Part shown: positions 11,381-25,719 of the stretch, in pieces
Layout: each line of letters begins with the position of its first letter
How positions within the stretch are numbered: position 1 is the stretch's first letter
DNA from: the human T2T-CHM13v2.0 reference genome, Homo sapiens
Strand: one strand, 5' to 3'
DNA length: 64,000 nucleotides
NCBI RefSeq assembly: GCF_009914755.1
Contig: NC_060938.1
The notes under the pieces: model-generated
Databases searched by the model: none
Told to the model about the DNA's origin: nothing
What the model saw: the letters and a program-made list of their open reading frames with translations, nothing else
Program-made: the position numbers and the translations under genes

Positions 11381-13949
11381 CAGGTGTTCGTGTGTGAGAG
11401 GATCCCAGGACCCACCCCGCCTGCCTTCGTCTTTAACTAAGCCTTCCGTGAGGTCCTCTGGAGTCCTCAGTGGGAAACAAAGGCCCGAGCTAAGCTGTTT
11501 GGCCCCATTCTTGGAGGCGTTTTTCCTGATGTCCACCATCCTGAAAGGAGGCAAGATTCCAGAACTTTCAAGTCCAGAACTTGATGTTTTCTGAAAAGAA
11601 TTCTGTGTTTAACATCAGGCTCACTGAGCACCTGACTTGGGAGGTGACTCTGGAGGGCCAGAGGCTGTCCTGCCTCTTGTCCCATCTTGATGGGAACACC
11701 TGCCTGCGGTAGGTGGCGTGGGCCTGGCAGGCTGGGGTGCCCTGCCCCCTGCTTTCATGCTTCCGCATGAAGATGCAGGTTTCATTTAGGATCACGGAGC
11801 TTCCCTGGAGTTTCTGGGTTAGAGAGATTCTCTGGGTTAGAGATTCCAGGGCATGCTCATTGCAGCTATCCAGGGGCTCTTCCCAAAATGCCAGGCCTGG
11901 TTCTGAACCTGAACATTCCAGAGCCTGGAGCAGGGCCTGGGGATCTGCATTTTCAAACCCTCTCCCTTTGCTTCCTGGGAGCTGGCTGGGTTCCGAATTG
12001 CTGGCCAACACCTCCCAGGCTTTCTTCACATTAAGAGCAGACTCAGAAAATGAAATGTGTTCCCTGACTGGGGTCACAGAGGAGCCCAGCCCAGGGGTTC
12101 AGGCCTCCCAGGCCTCCTCTGCTGACCAGAAGGCCGAGGGGATTGGTGTCTCGGCCCGTCTCAAACGCTTCCCTGGCATGCCCGCACACCTGCCCACCTG
12201 CTCTGTGGGGAACAGGGGCCCTGCTCAGCCAGTCTGGCTGGTGGGGAGAGAGGTCACGCCATGCTTGGGTCAACTCAGCCACCAGGGCTGTGTGTGGGAC
12301 ATGAAGAGCAGGAGGGGTGGTCTCCAGATTCCAGGTCCCCTTCCCAGATTACCTGTTTGGATTCACCAAGTGAGGGAAGATTTCTACATGGCAGGGCGCT
12401 GGGAGGGCAGTGTGTCCACCCAGAGAACCAGCTCACGGTGATGAACCAGGACGGGCCCTGTATTCACAGAAGGTCCAGGCACAGGCCGTGATTCGAGCCC
12501 TGGCCACCCCTTACAGCCCCAAGTTATCGCACCCCCAGCTCACTTTCCCTCCTGTGTCCACGTGGGGCTGGGGAAAGGTCAGAGCTGCAGTCACCAAAGG
12601 AATTTCGGTTCTTTGGGTCCTGGAGACCAGATGCCAGGGAGGGCCAGAGTGCCAGAGCAGGCTGCATTGAGGGAGATGCAACCACAGTCCAGGAAACAGC
12701 CGAGCTTATGAGGGGTGGGGCGAGGAGGAGCGACTTGCTGTCTGGAGAGTTCTATGTGCCCCTTCTCCACCCCTTGAAGTGGGTGGCAGAATCCCCATTT
12801 TGCAGATGTGGGGCCTGAGGGGGCCAGAGCTACCACTGCCCCGCACTGGCCACTTCACCTGAATCCTGGTATCAAGGCTGTCCACTGTCCAGGCGCTGCA
12901 GGAAAACCAGGGGAAGGGATGTGCCCGTTTTGGTCATCCTTACCTAAGCAAGTCAGCCATAGGTGAGGATGCCTCATCTTCCCATTCCTTAAGCCTAGAG
13001 TTTGACAGGATTGTGCAGGGAGGACCCCGGACCAGCCACGCCTTCGCCTTGTCCTTGTACTGGGAGCTGCTGTTCCATAGAGAAGTGGCTGTGCGGCCTC
13101 TGGACAGGTCACTTCCCAGGGTCAGAGGCTTAGAATGCAGCTGTCTTGCAAGGGCTGGAACCAGATGGCTCCTGGGTCCAGGTTCTCTGCACCCCTGAGT
13201 CCTCCTCTGAGGGGCTCTGCCCTTGCTTGGGGGCAGGACTTCCTGCTAGATAGGGGCCCACCTTCTTCCTCAAGCCAGAGGCTCTAGGCTGTTCCCCTGG
13301 GCTCAGTGCATGCCTGAGCCAAGTTCCACACGTTTCCTCTGTGCGAGTGTCCTCCCTGCCCTCAGGAATAGGCCTCAGCTTCCTGCATCCCAGGGGAAAC
13401 CTCCTTTGTGCGTCTGCGGATGTGTTTCCAGGTGTTGTCCCTGGAAACCACGAATGGCTTCCTTTTCTTCTTCCTCCCTTTCCCCTGTGAGGAGCAGGCG
13501 GTGGGAACGGAGTTGTACAGCTGCTTCTCGTTTAGGTGTGTACAGCTGCCTAGGAAAATTGAGGCCCGGGGTAGGCAGAGGTTAACAGGAAATTGGAACA
13601 AGTCAGTGAGACTCCGCCCCCGACAGAAATACCCTGTATCCAGCTCCTGGCCCTGCCACCACCCACCTCACCCCACCCACCCCTTGTTCAGGTTTCACAG
13701 TGGCCTGGGGCTGCAGGATGGCTTTGAGGGTGTTTCTTAGGGGTGGATGCAGCTAGCGTTTTCCAAAGCTGGGGCGCTGGAAGGAATCACAGGACCAGGG
13801 GAGGAATCACAGGGCCAGGGGCCGCGGGAAGAGGGGGAAGCCACCCTGCTGGTGAGCTCGGAACCAGCATAGCTTCGGGTGTCAAGGAATGAGTCTAGCC
13901 CCGTGCCAATGTGCAGATATCGTGTGTTGTGAAGGACAAGCTGGGAGGC

Positions 13950-14175
13950 CGGCTCTGGAGTGCAGGAATCCTGGGTTCAAATCTCAGTTCTGCCACTCAC
14001 CAGCAGGGTGAGTCTGGGCAAGCTCCTTCACCTTCCTAAACCTCCATTCCTCATCCACAAAGTGGCGGGTGACGGCACCTACCTCCCAGGATTGATCTGA
14101 GTAGCAAATCAGATACTTTAGTCAAGGTCTGTGCACTGTGTCTGGCACACAGTAGGTGCTCAGCAAATGTTAGTG
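13950..14175 (+). mobile_element. MIR
   Basis: ctgggttcaaatctcagttctgccactcacc...tctggcacacagtaggtgctcagcaaatgttag. Confidence 0.8.
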
Positions 14176-15142
14176 TGAATCCTAGTGTGCTTTAACCATG
14201 TGGCTTCTGTTATCCTCTCCTTTTGGGACTACAGTGTTCTAGAAAGATCGTAGGTTCCAGAATCCCTGGGGGCCTGGGACGATCTGTCATTCCAGGGCTC
14301 AAGGAGAGGGAATTATCGTGTACCAGGCACCTGTTATGTGCCAGGTCTGGGCTTCAGGCACTTAGCAGACAAGATGATCCTCTCAGTCAGTAAACAGTTA
14401 GGGCCCAGGCTCTGTTCTGGGCTTTGTGGATCAGGTAGGAACAGGACAGCCATGGTCCCTGCCCTCTGGGAGCTTCTGGGCTTGCAGAGCAAATCTGAGC
14501 AGATGACCACACAATGTTCTTTATACACTGTCTCCCACCCCTAGCATACAGCTGATAAGTGGGGAGGTGGGAGGCCACAGCCTGCTCCCTCCTCGCTGAC
14601 CCCAGATGACGGGTCGCTGGGATTGCCGGGGTGGAGCCTGGCAGCATCAGCAGGACCCAGCTTCGGTGCCCACCTGGCCTGATGGTGGATTTACAGGTGG
14701 ACACCCAATACAGGCAAACTCTTCCCACTTTAGACCGCAGAGGCTGGTAATTAGGCCTCCCAGGAGTGGGTGTGGGTAGGGGGAAAAAGAGGAAGAGGCG
14801 CTTTCTCCCGTGGAAACCATGGTCTGCAGTGCTGGCACCGCCCTGAAACGGTCGGCAATGACCCTGAGCCGCAGCCCAGCTGGGAAAGTCTCCTGGTGCA
14901 GCTTGTTTGCTTGTTGTGGCGCATAGTCTGGGGAATCTTGTGAGCCTGCTGAGGCTGCTCCCTGGCCCGCCAACAGGACTCTCTCCTGCGCCCGTAACGG
15001 TAAGGAAATCACATTGTTCTTACCAGGACGCTGGCCTTCGTGGCCACTTTTATTATAGCAGCCAACAAACAGCTACTGGGGACTTGCCATATATCAGGCA
15101 CTAAGCAGGAAATGGGGAATTCTTCTATTGCTCTGTAATTCT

Positions 15143-15526
15143 TATATTAGTCAGCTCAGGCCGTCCTAACAGAATGTCACCGACGAAGCAGCTTAAACAA
15201 CGGAAATGTATTTTCTCACATTTCTAGAGGCTGCAAGTCTGAGATCAGGGTGCCAGCATGGTTGGGTTCTGTGTCCCTCTTCCTGACTTGTAGACAGCTG
15301 CCTTTTTGTTCACGTGGCCTTGTTTGTTTGTTTGTTTGGTGCATGCATGTGGAGAGAGATCTTTCTCTTCCTCTTCTTCTGAGGCCACTATTGAATTAGG
15401 ACCCCACTCTTAGGACCTTAATTACCTCCTAAAAGCTCTATCTCCAAATACAGTTACATTGGGGGTTAGGACTGCAACATATGAATTTGGAGGCGGGTAG
15501 GGGGAGGAATAATTCAGTTCATGGCA
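15143..15526 (-). mobile_element. MLT1A-like MaLR solo LTR
   Basis: tattagtcagctcagg...ttctcacatttctagaggctg...gggttaggactgcaacatatgaattt. Confidence 0.8.
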
Positions 15527-16117
15527 GGATCTCACGGGGCATCTGTGCCCCATGCCCTTTTCTAAGAGCTTTACATGTATCCCCTCATTCATGCCTTGCC
15601 ACAGAACGAGGTAGGAATGCTTATTATCTCCACTTTACAGAGAAGGAAGGGGAAGCACAGAGAGGTAAGTGATTGCCCATGGTCACCCAGCAGCTCTGCA
15701 GGTGCAATGAGCCGGGTTTCCACCCCGAGCACCAGACACTATCCTCTGAGTACTGCCTCTTCATTCCAGGCACTTTCATTTAATCTTCACAGCTGCTTTG
15801 TGAGGGAGGAATATTATCCTCATTTATAGAGGCGGAAACAGGCTCAGAGAGGCTGCGGGGCTCCCCGAGTCACACAGCCATTGGGTAGGGAGTCACTTTT
15901 CCACTCTGTGCTTCCCAAGCTGTGAATACCCTCAAGATCTGGTCCAGCCGGGAGCAGAGTCCCAAAGCACCAGCCCAGAGCTGTCATGAAGCCAGCACAT
16001 GGCCTTAGGTATGTACCCTCAGCCTGCAATGCAATTTGGCTCCTCTCAGTGAAGAAACGATGGGATAAGTGTGTGTTTCACAAAAGTCCAGGCCCTTGGA
16101 AGTTCTTAGAACAGTAA

Positions 16118-16510
<393 letters not shown>

Positions 16511-17449
16511 TAAACCCATTAAAACCCTAGGGAGGTGGATAATGTTATTGTTCCCATTTCACAGGTGAAGAAACTGAGGCACAGAGAGGCTGAGTTGCCC
16601 AGGGTCATACAGGAGGAAGGGACAGAGCTAGGATTTACACAATGGCCTCTGACCCCAGACCCCAGATGTGCTTAGGGGACAACACTACCACCCAACCAAA
16701 GGACTCTTTGCTCTTCTTTTCTTGGGAGCTCGTAAGGGAATTGGTTTCCTCCGTCTGGGATGCTAGTCTTCTAGTGTGTGTGCAGGGTGCTAAATAATTT
16801 GTGTGTGTGTTGAGTAAACTGTGTTGAATTGGGTTGAATTAAGGGCCTTTGGAATCTCACATGCTGTCTTCAGGGCTTGGATGGTACCACCCAGCCTTCT
16901 CTTCTGTTATTATAGCAAAACCCGGAACAGGCAATCGGAAGATTTCGGGAAGCTTTTAGAGCTTTTCTCCCCATCCACCCCCATCTTCTTCAGTTTTAAA
17001 TAGCTCTTGAGAGGGCTCTACCGGTGGGGAGGAGAGAGGTCTTTGTGGTCCTTTTAAGCTCAGAAGGCGGCACTGCAGAAATGGAACTCTCTTAACACTC
17101 CGCCTTCCTGTCCTTTCCTCTTAGCGTCTCGGCACGTTGGTGACAGCAGTGCAGGAAATGGGGATGCTGTGGGCTCATTTACATGTGCAGTTCCATACAC
17201 AGTTCTCGTCTGTTCCAGGCCCCCAGAGACACACAGCACTTTGTAGTGAAAATGATTTTGTTCTTACCTTGGTCTCGGAAGCCACCAGAGAAATTGCACA
17301 TTCGGTTGACTGTCTCATAAGTCAAGGTCAGAATTTTAAAGGAGCTTCCTTTTCAGTCACTCTGTGTGCGCAGAGGTATCAGTTCTCAGACAAATTAGAA
17401 CAAAACCTGGCTGAGCGTCCTTATTTTTTCATATAACAGGTCTTTTTCA

Positions 17450-17870
17450 CTTATCATAATATTCATTCCTTTAAGTGTACAATTCAGTGGCTTTTAATAT
17501 AGTCACAAAATTGTGGAATCGTCATCAACATCAGTTTCTGAACATTTCCAACACCCCAAAAGGCACCCCTCACCCATAACTGCCCTTCCCTCCTCCCCCG
17601 ACCCCCTAGCAACCACTAACCGACTTCTTATGTCTTTGGACTTATCGATTCTGAATATTTCATATAAAGAGGATCACGCAATTTGTGGCCTTTTGTGACT
17701 GGCTTCCTTCACCTAACATGATGTTTTCAAGGTCCATCCACGCTGTACTATGTGTTGGTACTTTATTCCTTTTTATGGCTGAATATTCCATTGGATGGAT
17801 CATGAATGCCACATTTTATCCATTCATCAGTTGATAGGCATTTGAGTGGTTTCTACTTTTAGGCTATGAG
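17450..17870 (-). mobile_element. Old L1 (L1MB/ME-like) 3' fragment
   Basis: taagtgtacaattcagtggc...ttttcaaggtccatcc...ttatggctgaatattcc. Confidence 0.8.
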
Positions 17871-20049
17871 TGGGTTTTTTAAGAGACCAAATAGAGCATC
17901 GTAGAAAAGAAAACTCAGTATTTTTTATCGAAATGAAAGCAATATTCTTTTAAGTTTTCTGTGGTTAGCAGTAAACAGTCTCTGAATACTAGAGGGATCT
18001 TGGGAATTTTTAGAGTGGCCTTCTTATATTCCAAAGTGGGAAACTGAGAACCGGAGAGGACCAGCGGCTTGCCCAAGGGACAGTCTTGACCAGACAGAAC
18101 CAGGCATCCAGGCCACCTGCCCTGGAAATCCACTCTGTGCCACCCCTCCAGCCAGGCCAATATAGTACATGCTGGGAGTGGGGAGATAAAGACCTGCCCG
18201 GGACCACGTGTCAGGGTCCTGAACAAGAATGCCAGCAACGAAAGCCCACCCAACAGATCTTCGCATGCCAGCAACAAGAAGCCCACACAAGCCTCCTTAT
18301 GCTAAAAGAGGGATTTTTAAAAATAAGTTTACAGGGGTGTGCTGATGCTATAGCAAAACCCAGCATCCCCCAGCCCTGCTGGACAGTAGCAGGAAGGTGG
18401 TCGGTCCAGCCTCACCGCAATTCTGCTTTTCAAATCAGAGACCTAATTTGAATCCAGAACTTTAACTTCTGGGAGATGTCACTGTTAGCTTTCCAGCCTC
18501 TGCAGATACACTGGAAGGAGGCTGGAATATGGGGGCTGCCGAGGATGTCACGCTTCATACGTCCCCTTACACGGGCGTTGTAGTGAAGCTGAAGAAAAGC
18601 AGTGAAGCCATCTTAACAGTGTCTTCACATGGACCAGACCCAAGGGCCGCCAAGAAACCTGTGCAGCTTTTAGAGCATCCTGGGGGAGGCGAAGGAGGAC
18701 AAGGCCCCAGCCAACAACTACACAGCAGAGTGTCCTCCAGCAGGCACCTGCTCTGGCCCCAGCACCGTGCCTGACATCTTCTATTCAGTACTTAGAGTGT
18801 CCATGGCAGCCCTGCTGGGTAGCTGGTATTTATGGTATCCCCATTTCCCAGATGAGAACAACGTGTTCCCTGATTCTGTTGGTGTCTCTCTGATGCAGCC
18901 TCGATTTAATGCTCCCCAGGGCCTCCAAATTCAAGGTGAGGCCTTCAGAGGCAGGGCAATATGCTTGGTGCTTTTTGCATTTCTTTCATCTGCCCAGGGG
19001 TCCTTGAAGTGGGTGGGCAGGGACAGTTATCACTGTCTCACGGGTGAGGACATGGAGGCCCAGAGAGATTAATGGCCCCCCTAGTGCCACACCATCAAGA
19101 GTAATGGGACAGGACAACTTTGTCAGAAGCCTTGAGATCCCTGCGGTGAGATGCAAAGCGGGCCTTAACTTCAGATCATCTTTAGAATGAGGGAGCTGGT
19201 GCTTCAACCCTGACATCCTTCCAGCTCTGGGACCCATTTACATCCAGTTGCAGAGCAGCCACAGAGCTTCAGGGTGGGGGCTGTGGGAGTGTCTGCAGTG
19301 CTGGGCCAGTGGTCCCTGGAATGGGGTTCCTGGGATCGGCACCAGCCGAGGGAGCTCTGGGCCCGGCTTCTCCCTTGACTGACAGAGCCTGGTCTGCAGC
19401 TCCGCTCCTTCCCTCCCCACAAGGGCAGCTGCTTCGGCGAGGAAGCATACACAGGGTCCCCGTGTCACTCGACTGTGCCTGTATGAGAGGGAGACCAAGC
19501 CAAGGCTGCCTCCCCTAGGAAGGCCCCCTCCCGACCCCCAAGAGCTCTCCAGGCCTTTATGTGGTGCTGCCAGGGAGGCGTCTCTTCCTGGGCCTTTGGT
19601 CTCTCTGCACCACCCCCAGCCCAGACAACCTACACCTGTGTGTGGCACTCAGCTGGGCCTGCCTCTGACTTTGCTGATACCTGATGTTTTTCCTCACATC
19701 ATCCCTTTCATTCTTCCTCTTCCCCACAAACCTCAGTGTGACAGCTCAGTTCAACAGCAGGTCTTGACCTCTTCTGCTTTCTATTGGGCTTCTCTTTGCC
19801 CCTCTAATGCCCTGAGGGTCATCAAAACCCGCCCTGCAGGAGGTAGGACAGTGTCGCTAAGAGGCCTTAGCATTAGACACCCATGGAATTGAGTCCTGAG
19901 TCTGCCACTTCTAGCTTTGTGACCTTGGACAAGTTACCTGACCTCTCTGAGCTTGTTCTAGTCTCTGTAAAACAACCCAACCCAGTGCTGACAATAGTAG
20001 CTACTCAGCAAGAGGAAGTTAACATGGTTAATATCAGCAGTAGCTGGAA

Positions 20050-20270
20050 TTAGAGTGCTGACTCTGCACCAAGCACTGTTCTAAACACGTCATGTTTGTT
20101 GGCTCATTTTCAGTCTCACAGTAGCACAGTGGGGTGGAGATTCTTGTTATCCCCATTTTATAGATGAGAAAACTGAGATACAGAGAGGCTAAATGCTTTC
20201 CTAAGCATCCTAATGCTGGCATATGTCAGAGCTGGGATTTGAACCTGGATACCTAGCTTACTGTTTACCA
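20050..20270 (-). mobile_element. MIR
   Basis: ccccattttatagatgagaaaactgag...gctgggatttgaacc. Confidence 0.8.
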
Positions 20271-21296
20271 CAAAGCTGCAGTACCCCTTAGGCAATCAAT
20301 TTAATAAGTCTAAATTTAATGGTACAAAAAAATAATAAAAATACCAAAAATTAGATTCTAAAGCTTATTCACCCCAGGGAAGAAGAGACTGGGAAAACTT
20401 CAGTGCTTCACATAAACATAGGAGGATTTTTCTGTTTAGATCGAATCTATGAGCTAAAAGTATGGGGCTCTAATCTGACAGTTGACACCTGCCCACTGGT
20501 AAGTAGCAGAGGGACTTCCATGGGCCCTGAAATAATAGGATTCAGAGGGCAGGCAAGCTGTACAGTACATAGGACCAGGATTTAGACTCTGAAGACCTGC
20601 ATTCGAGACCTGGTACTATCTCCCATTGTCTATGATGCTTCAGTCAGTCACTGAATTTCACCAAACTTCAGTTTATTTACCTGTGAAACAGGAAAAATAC
20701 TCCCCAATGCTCATATGAGGAACAAAGAGAGTATTTGTGAAAACAACCTCTGAGGTGTGAGGCACAACACAAATATTGGTCAATGGTGAGGTGGTCATTC
20801 ATAATCCAGCCTTGATGGTACTCCAACATCCACCTGCATCTCTCTCCCTCCCCACAAAGGCCAGCACAGAGGCCACTGACTGAGGAAGCAGGGTCTGTTT
20901 GTGGCTCTGCCACTAATCTTATGTGAGATTTTGGGTAGTTCATTAACCTTCATGGGACTTGGTTTTCCTCTTTATAAAATGGAGTTCACCAAGTGGGATT
21001 TATTCCAAGAATGCAAGGTTGGTTCAACATACAAAGACCAATCAATGTGATATATACCACATTATTAGAGTAAAGGATAAAACCAGATGATCATCCCAAT
21101 AGACACAGAAAAAGCACTTGACAAAATCCAACACATTTTCTTGATGAAAACACACTCACAAATTTAGGAATAGAAGGAAACTTCATCAACCTGACTAATG
21201 GCCTCAACAAAAACCCCAAAGCTAACATCATACTTAATGGTGAAAGACTAAAAGCTTTCCCCTAAGATCAAGAGCAAAACAAGAGTTAAAAGTGGG

Positions 21297-21684
21297 TCTT
21301 GGGAATTTTTAGACTAGTTTTCTTATATTCCAAGGTGGGAAGCTGAGGGACAGAGAGGGGAGGTGGCTTGCCCAAGGGACAATGTCGACCAAACAGAACC
21401 ATCCAGGCCACTTGCCCTAGAAATTCACTCCATGTTGCCCTCCAGCCAGGCCAGTGCAGCATGTGCTGGGAGGAAAAGTAGGAGGTAAAGGCCTGCCTAG
21501 GACCATGTACCAGGGTCCTGAACAGAATACCAGTGACAGAAGCCCACCCAACAGATCTTCATAGGCCAGCACAGAAGCCCACACGAGCTGCCTTATGCTA
21601 CAAGGGGGGCTTTTAAGAATAAGTTTACAGGGGTGTGCTGATGCTGCAGCAAAACTCAGCATCCCCCAGCCCTGCTGGACGTAG
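21297..21684 (+). repeat. Diverged local copy of 17998-18389 inserted into an L1
   Basis: Collinear similarity, roughly 80% by eye; L1 ORF2 sequence continues on both sides. Confidence 0.9.
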
Positions 21685-22672
21685 TGCCTCGCCACTTCTA
21701 TTCCACATTATGCTGAGGGCTCTAGCCAGGGCAAATAGGCACCCAGATGAGAAAGGAAGCAGTAAAACTTTCTGAATTCATGGATGACATAATCTTGTGT
21801 GTAGAAAATCCTAAGGAACCCACACAAAAATAACACTATTAGATTTAATAAACATGCAGGATACAAGATCAATATATACAATTCAGTTGTATTTTAACAC
21901 CTTAGTCATTAACAATCTGAAAATGATATTAAACAATCCCATTTACGATAGGATTTAAAAGAATAAAATACTTAGGAGTAAATTTAGCAAAAGCAGTACA
22001 AGACTTGTATGCTGAATTACAAAACATTGTAGAAAGAAATTAAAGACAATCAAATAAATGGAAAGATGTCCTGTGTTCAAGGGTTAGAAGACTTAACGTT
22101 TTAAAAATGATAATAGTCCTCAGATTGATCAGATTTGATGCAATCCTTATCAAAACCCCAGCTGACTTTTTTGCAGAAACCGACAAGCTGATCCTAAAAT
22201 TCATATGGAAATGCAGGGGACCCAGAATAGCCAAAACAGTCTTTAAAAAGAACAAAGTTGGAGAACTCAAACTTCTGCCTGCAAAACTTACTACAAAGAT
22301 AGAGTAATCAAGATTGTCTGGCACTGGCATAAGGATAGACATATAGATTAATGAAATACAAATGGAAGTCCTGAAATGCACCTTTACATTTCAGGCCAAT
22401 TAGCTTTTGACAAGGGTAATGACAACTCACTAGGGGAAATAATACTCTTTTCAACAAATGGTGCTAGGACAACTGGATAACCACATTGAAAAGAAGTCTG
22501 ATCCCTACTGCTCACCATATACAAAAGTTAACTCAATATGAAACAAAAACCTAAATATAATAGCTAAAAATATAAAACTCTTAGAGGAAAACATAGGTAT
22601 ACATATTTGTGACCTTGTGTTAGCCAACAGTTTCTAACCACAGAATGGGAGAAAACATTTGCAAATCATGTA

Positions 22673-22676
<4 letters not shown>

Positions 22677-22710
<34 letters not shown>
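22677..22710. repeat. (TG)n microsatellite
   Basis: Perfect GT run within L1. Confidence 0.95.
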
Positions 22711-22711
<1 letters not shown>

Positions 22712-23000
22712 CTTAAAACTCAACAATAAAAGACAATCCAATTTGAAAATGGACAAAAGATTTGAACAGACATTTCTCCAAAGCAGATTATACAAATGGC
22801 TAATAAGGGTATGCAAAGATGCTCACATCATTAGTCATTAGAGAAATGCAAATCTAAATGAGATATCATGATGAGATGCCATTTCACACCCACTAGAATG
22901 GGTATAATCCAGAAAAGGTAGACAATAACAAGTACTGGTGAGGGGATGGGAAAATTGGAGCCCTCATACATTGCTGGTGGAAATGTAAATAGTAAACATA

Positions 23001-23395
<395 letters not shown>

Positions 23396-23875
23396 TCATA
23401 GCAGCATTATTCATAATTGCCAAAAAGTAGAACAATTCAAATATCCATAAAGTGAAGAATGGATAAACGAAATGTGGTATATCCATATAATAGAATATTA
23501 TTCAGCCCTAAAAAGGAATGGCATACTGATAGATGCTACAATATGGATGAGCCTAGGAAATATATGCTCAGTGAAAGCCAGACACAAAAGCCCCCATGTT
23601 ACAATTCCATTTATATGGAACGCCCAGAATAGTCAAATCTATAGAGACAGAAAATTAATTAGTGGTTACCAGAGGCTGGAGGAAATGAGGAATGGGAATG
23701 ACCGCTAATGGCTAGGGGTTTCCACTGGGGCGATGAAAATCTTCTGGAATTATATAGTGGTCATAGTTACACAACTTTCAAATATGCTAAAACCTGCCTG
23801 CTTGCACATTCTAAATGGGTGAATTTTATGATACGTTAATTATATCTCAATTGCTTTTAACTGGAGTTATTCTAG

Positions 23876-24055
23876 AGTGGTGGTCCTCAAAGTGTGGTCC
23901 TAGGACTGTCAGCATCAGCAGCACCTGGGAACTTGTTAGAAACACAAATTCTTGCAACTCCCTTCTCCTCTAGTCCTGCCAAATCATTGTGAGTGTGGTG
24001 ATCTAACAGGCTTTCCAGGGATTCCGACTTCCACTCAAATTTGAGAACCATTGCT
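23876..24055. mobile_element. MER5A-like hAT MITE
   Basis: gtggtcctcaaagtgtggtcc...agcagcacctgggaacttgttagaaa...aaatttgagaaccattg. Confidence 0.75.
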
Positions 24056-24824
24056 TCAGAATCTGTGCTCTCCAGGTCATATAAGTGCTCTGAGCTCCCA
24101 GGTCCATGCAAATGTACTCTACATCATCCAGTGATGCATGCATCCCTGCAAACCACAGGTTAACCACTCCCTTAATTGGAATGTGGAATTCATTCACTGT
24201 CCACATTAATTTGCTTGAGGTTTTTCATCAGCAACTGCATCTGTTCTTAATTTTTTTCTCCAGTCTGATTAGCCATCTGTTTTGTTACAGTTCATTTTCA
24301 AGACTTTTTTTTCACATAATTAAATTGTAATTTTCTACTTCAAAAGAGAAATCTGAGAGCTTAGTGAAAAGAATGACGGCAGCCCTCCGTTCTCTTGTTG
24401 ACGTTTGCATGTCAATCGGAGTCCGTGATGAACATTCCACTCCAATATTTCACCCAATGAGATGGAAGTGGGGGGCCAGGAGGGGTTCCCAATAGTGTAG
24501 GGGAGAATGTCCATCAGTATAGGCATTGTCCCATCACCTCTGCAGCCCCCAAAACTCTATTATTTCACACATGAATTAGTCCAGACTCCTAATGTTAAAG
24601 AACCCCTATTCAGGCCGGTTTAAGCCAAAAAGTTCACATGGTGGCAGGTTCCCTGAGAAAGGCTGCCTTCTGGCAAGGCTGGACCCAGGGTTCAGAGGAA
24701 ACAACAAGACACCATCCATCTCTTAGCATTGCTTTCCCCTGGGTTGGTTTTATCCCTGTGTTGGCTTTCCTCCACCTAAGCTTACATCCCTTTGGGTTAG
24801 CCCCATGCACAGATGGTGCCTCTG

Positions 24825-25280
24825 TCTCTTAAGGATTGCATTCAGCTGCATGTAACAGAAAACTCAAGTGACAGAGCCTTAAAGTCAAGGATTTTATTTT
24901 TCTCATGTAACAAGAAGTCCTGAAAGTAGGGAATCCTGAAGCTCTAGCATCAGTATCCCATTACTGTTGTCCATACTCAGCTGGTGGCTTTTGTCCTCAA
25001 GGTTGCCCACTGGCCTCTGCAACTCCAGTGACTCCCTACTCCTAGCAGGGACAAGGAGGACAAAGGGCAGAAGGCTCATACTACGGAGTCTCCTTCTCCT
25101 TATCCAGAAGAGAATGACTTTCCTGGAAGCTCCACCAAATAGACTTTAATTTGCATGTTGTGGTCCAGACCTGTCCATAGCCACCCCTACCTGCAAGGAA
25201 GCCTAGGAAATTAAGATTTTTAGCTGGGAACCTACTGTCTCAAGGAAAAGAGAGTTCTGTTAGTAAGGAGGAAAGGGCAA
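24825..25280 (-). mobile_element. Old MLT1-type LTR
   Basis: gattgcattcagctgcatgtaacagaaaac...cacccctacctgcaaggaagcctaggaaat. Confidence 0.55.
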
Positions 25281-25719
25281 TGGGTATTAGAGGCAGTGAT
25301 TCTTGGCAGAATTCCCAAGGTTGACCCTTGTTATATTATACACCCAACCCAGGGCCTATGTAACCCCATAATACCAGGAGGTCTAGGAGTCCTGTGTTGG
25401 ATTCCCAGTACCTAGAATAGTTCCTAGCATGGGGAATGAACACACTAAATATTATGGAATACATGATTAGCCAAGCTTGACTCTCATACCCACCCAGACG
25501 TCAAGGAAAGGAGTCAGCCCCTGTCTAAACTACATGAATTTAATGTGGAATAGAGGGTTGGTTCCCTAAAGGAAAATTGGCATGCTGTTACCATTAAAGG
25601 GGAGTAGATGCTAGCCAGATGAGAACAATGAATGCCCTCTACAACCTAGAATTGCCCAAAATCTGGAGAGACCAATTCACATTAGCAAAAAGTGAGAGTC
25701 ACTTTCTGAAGTTAACAGT

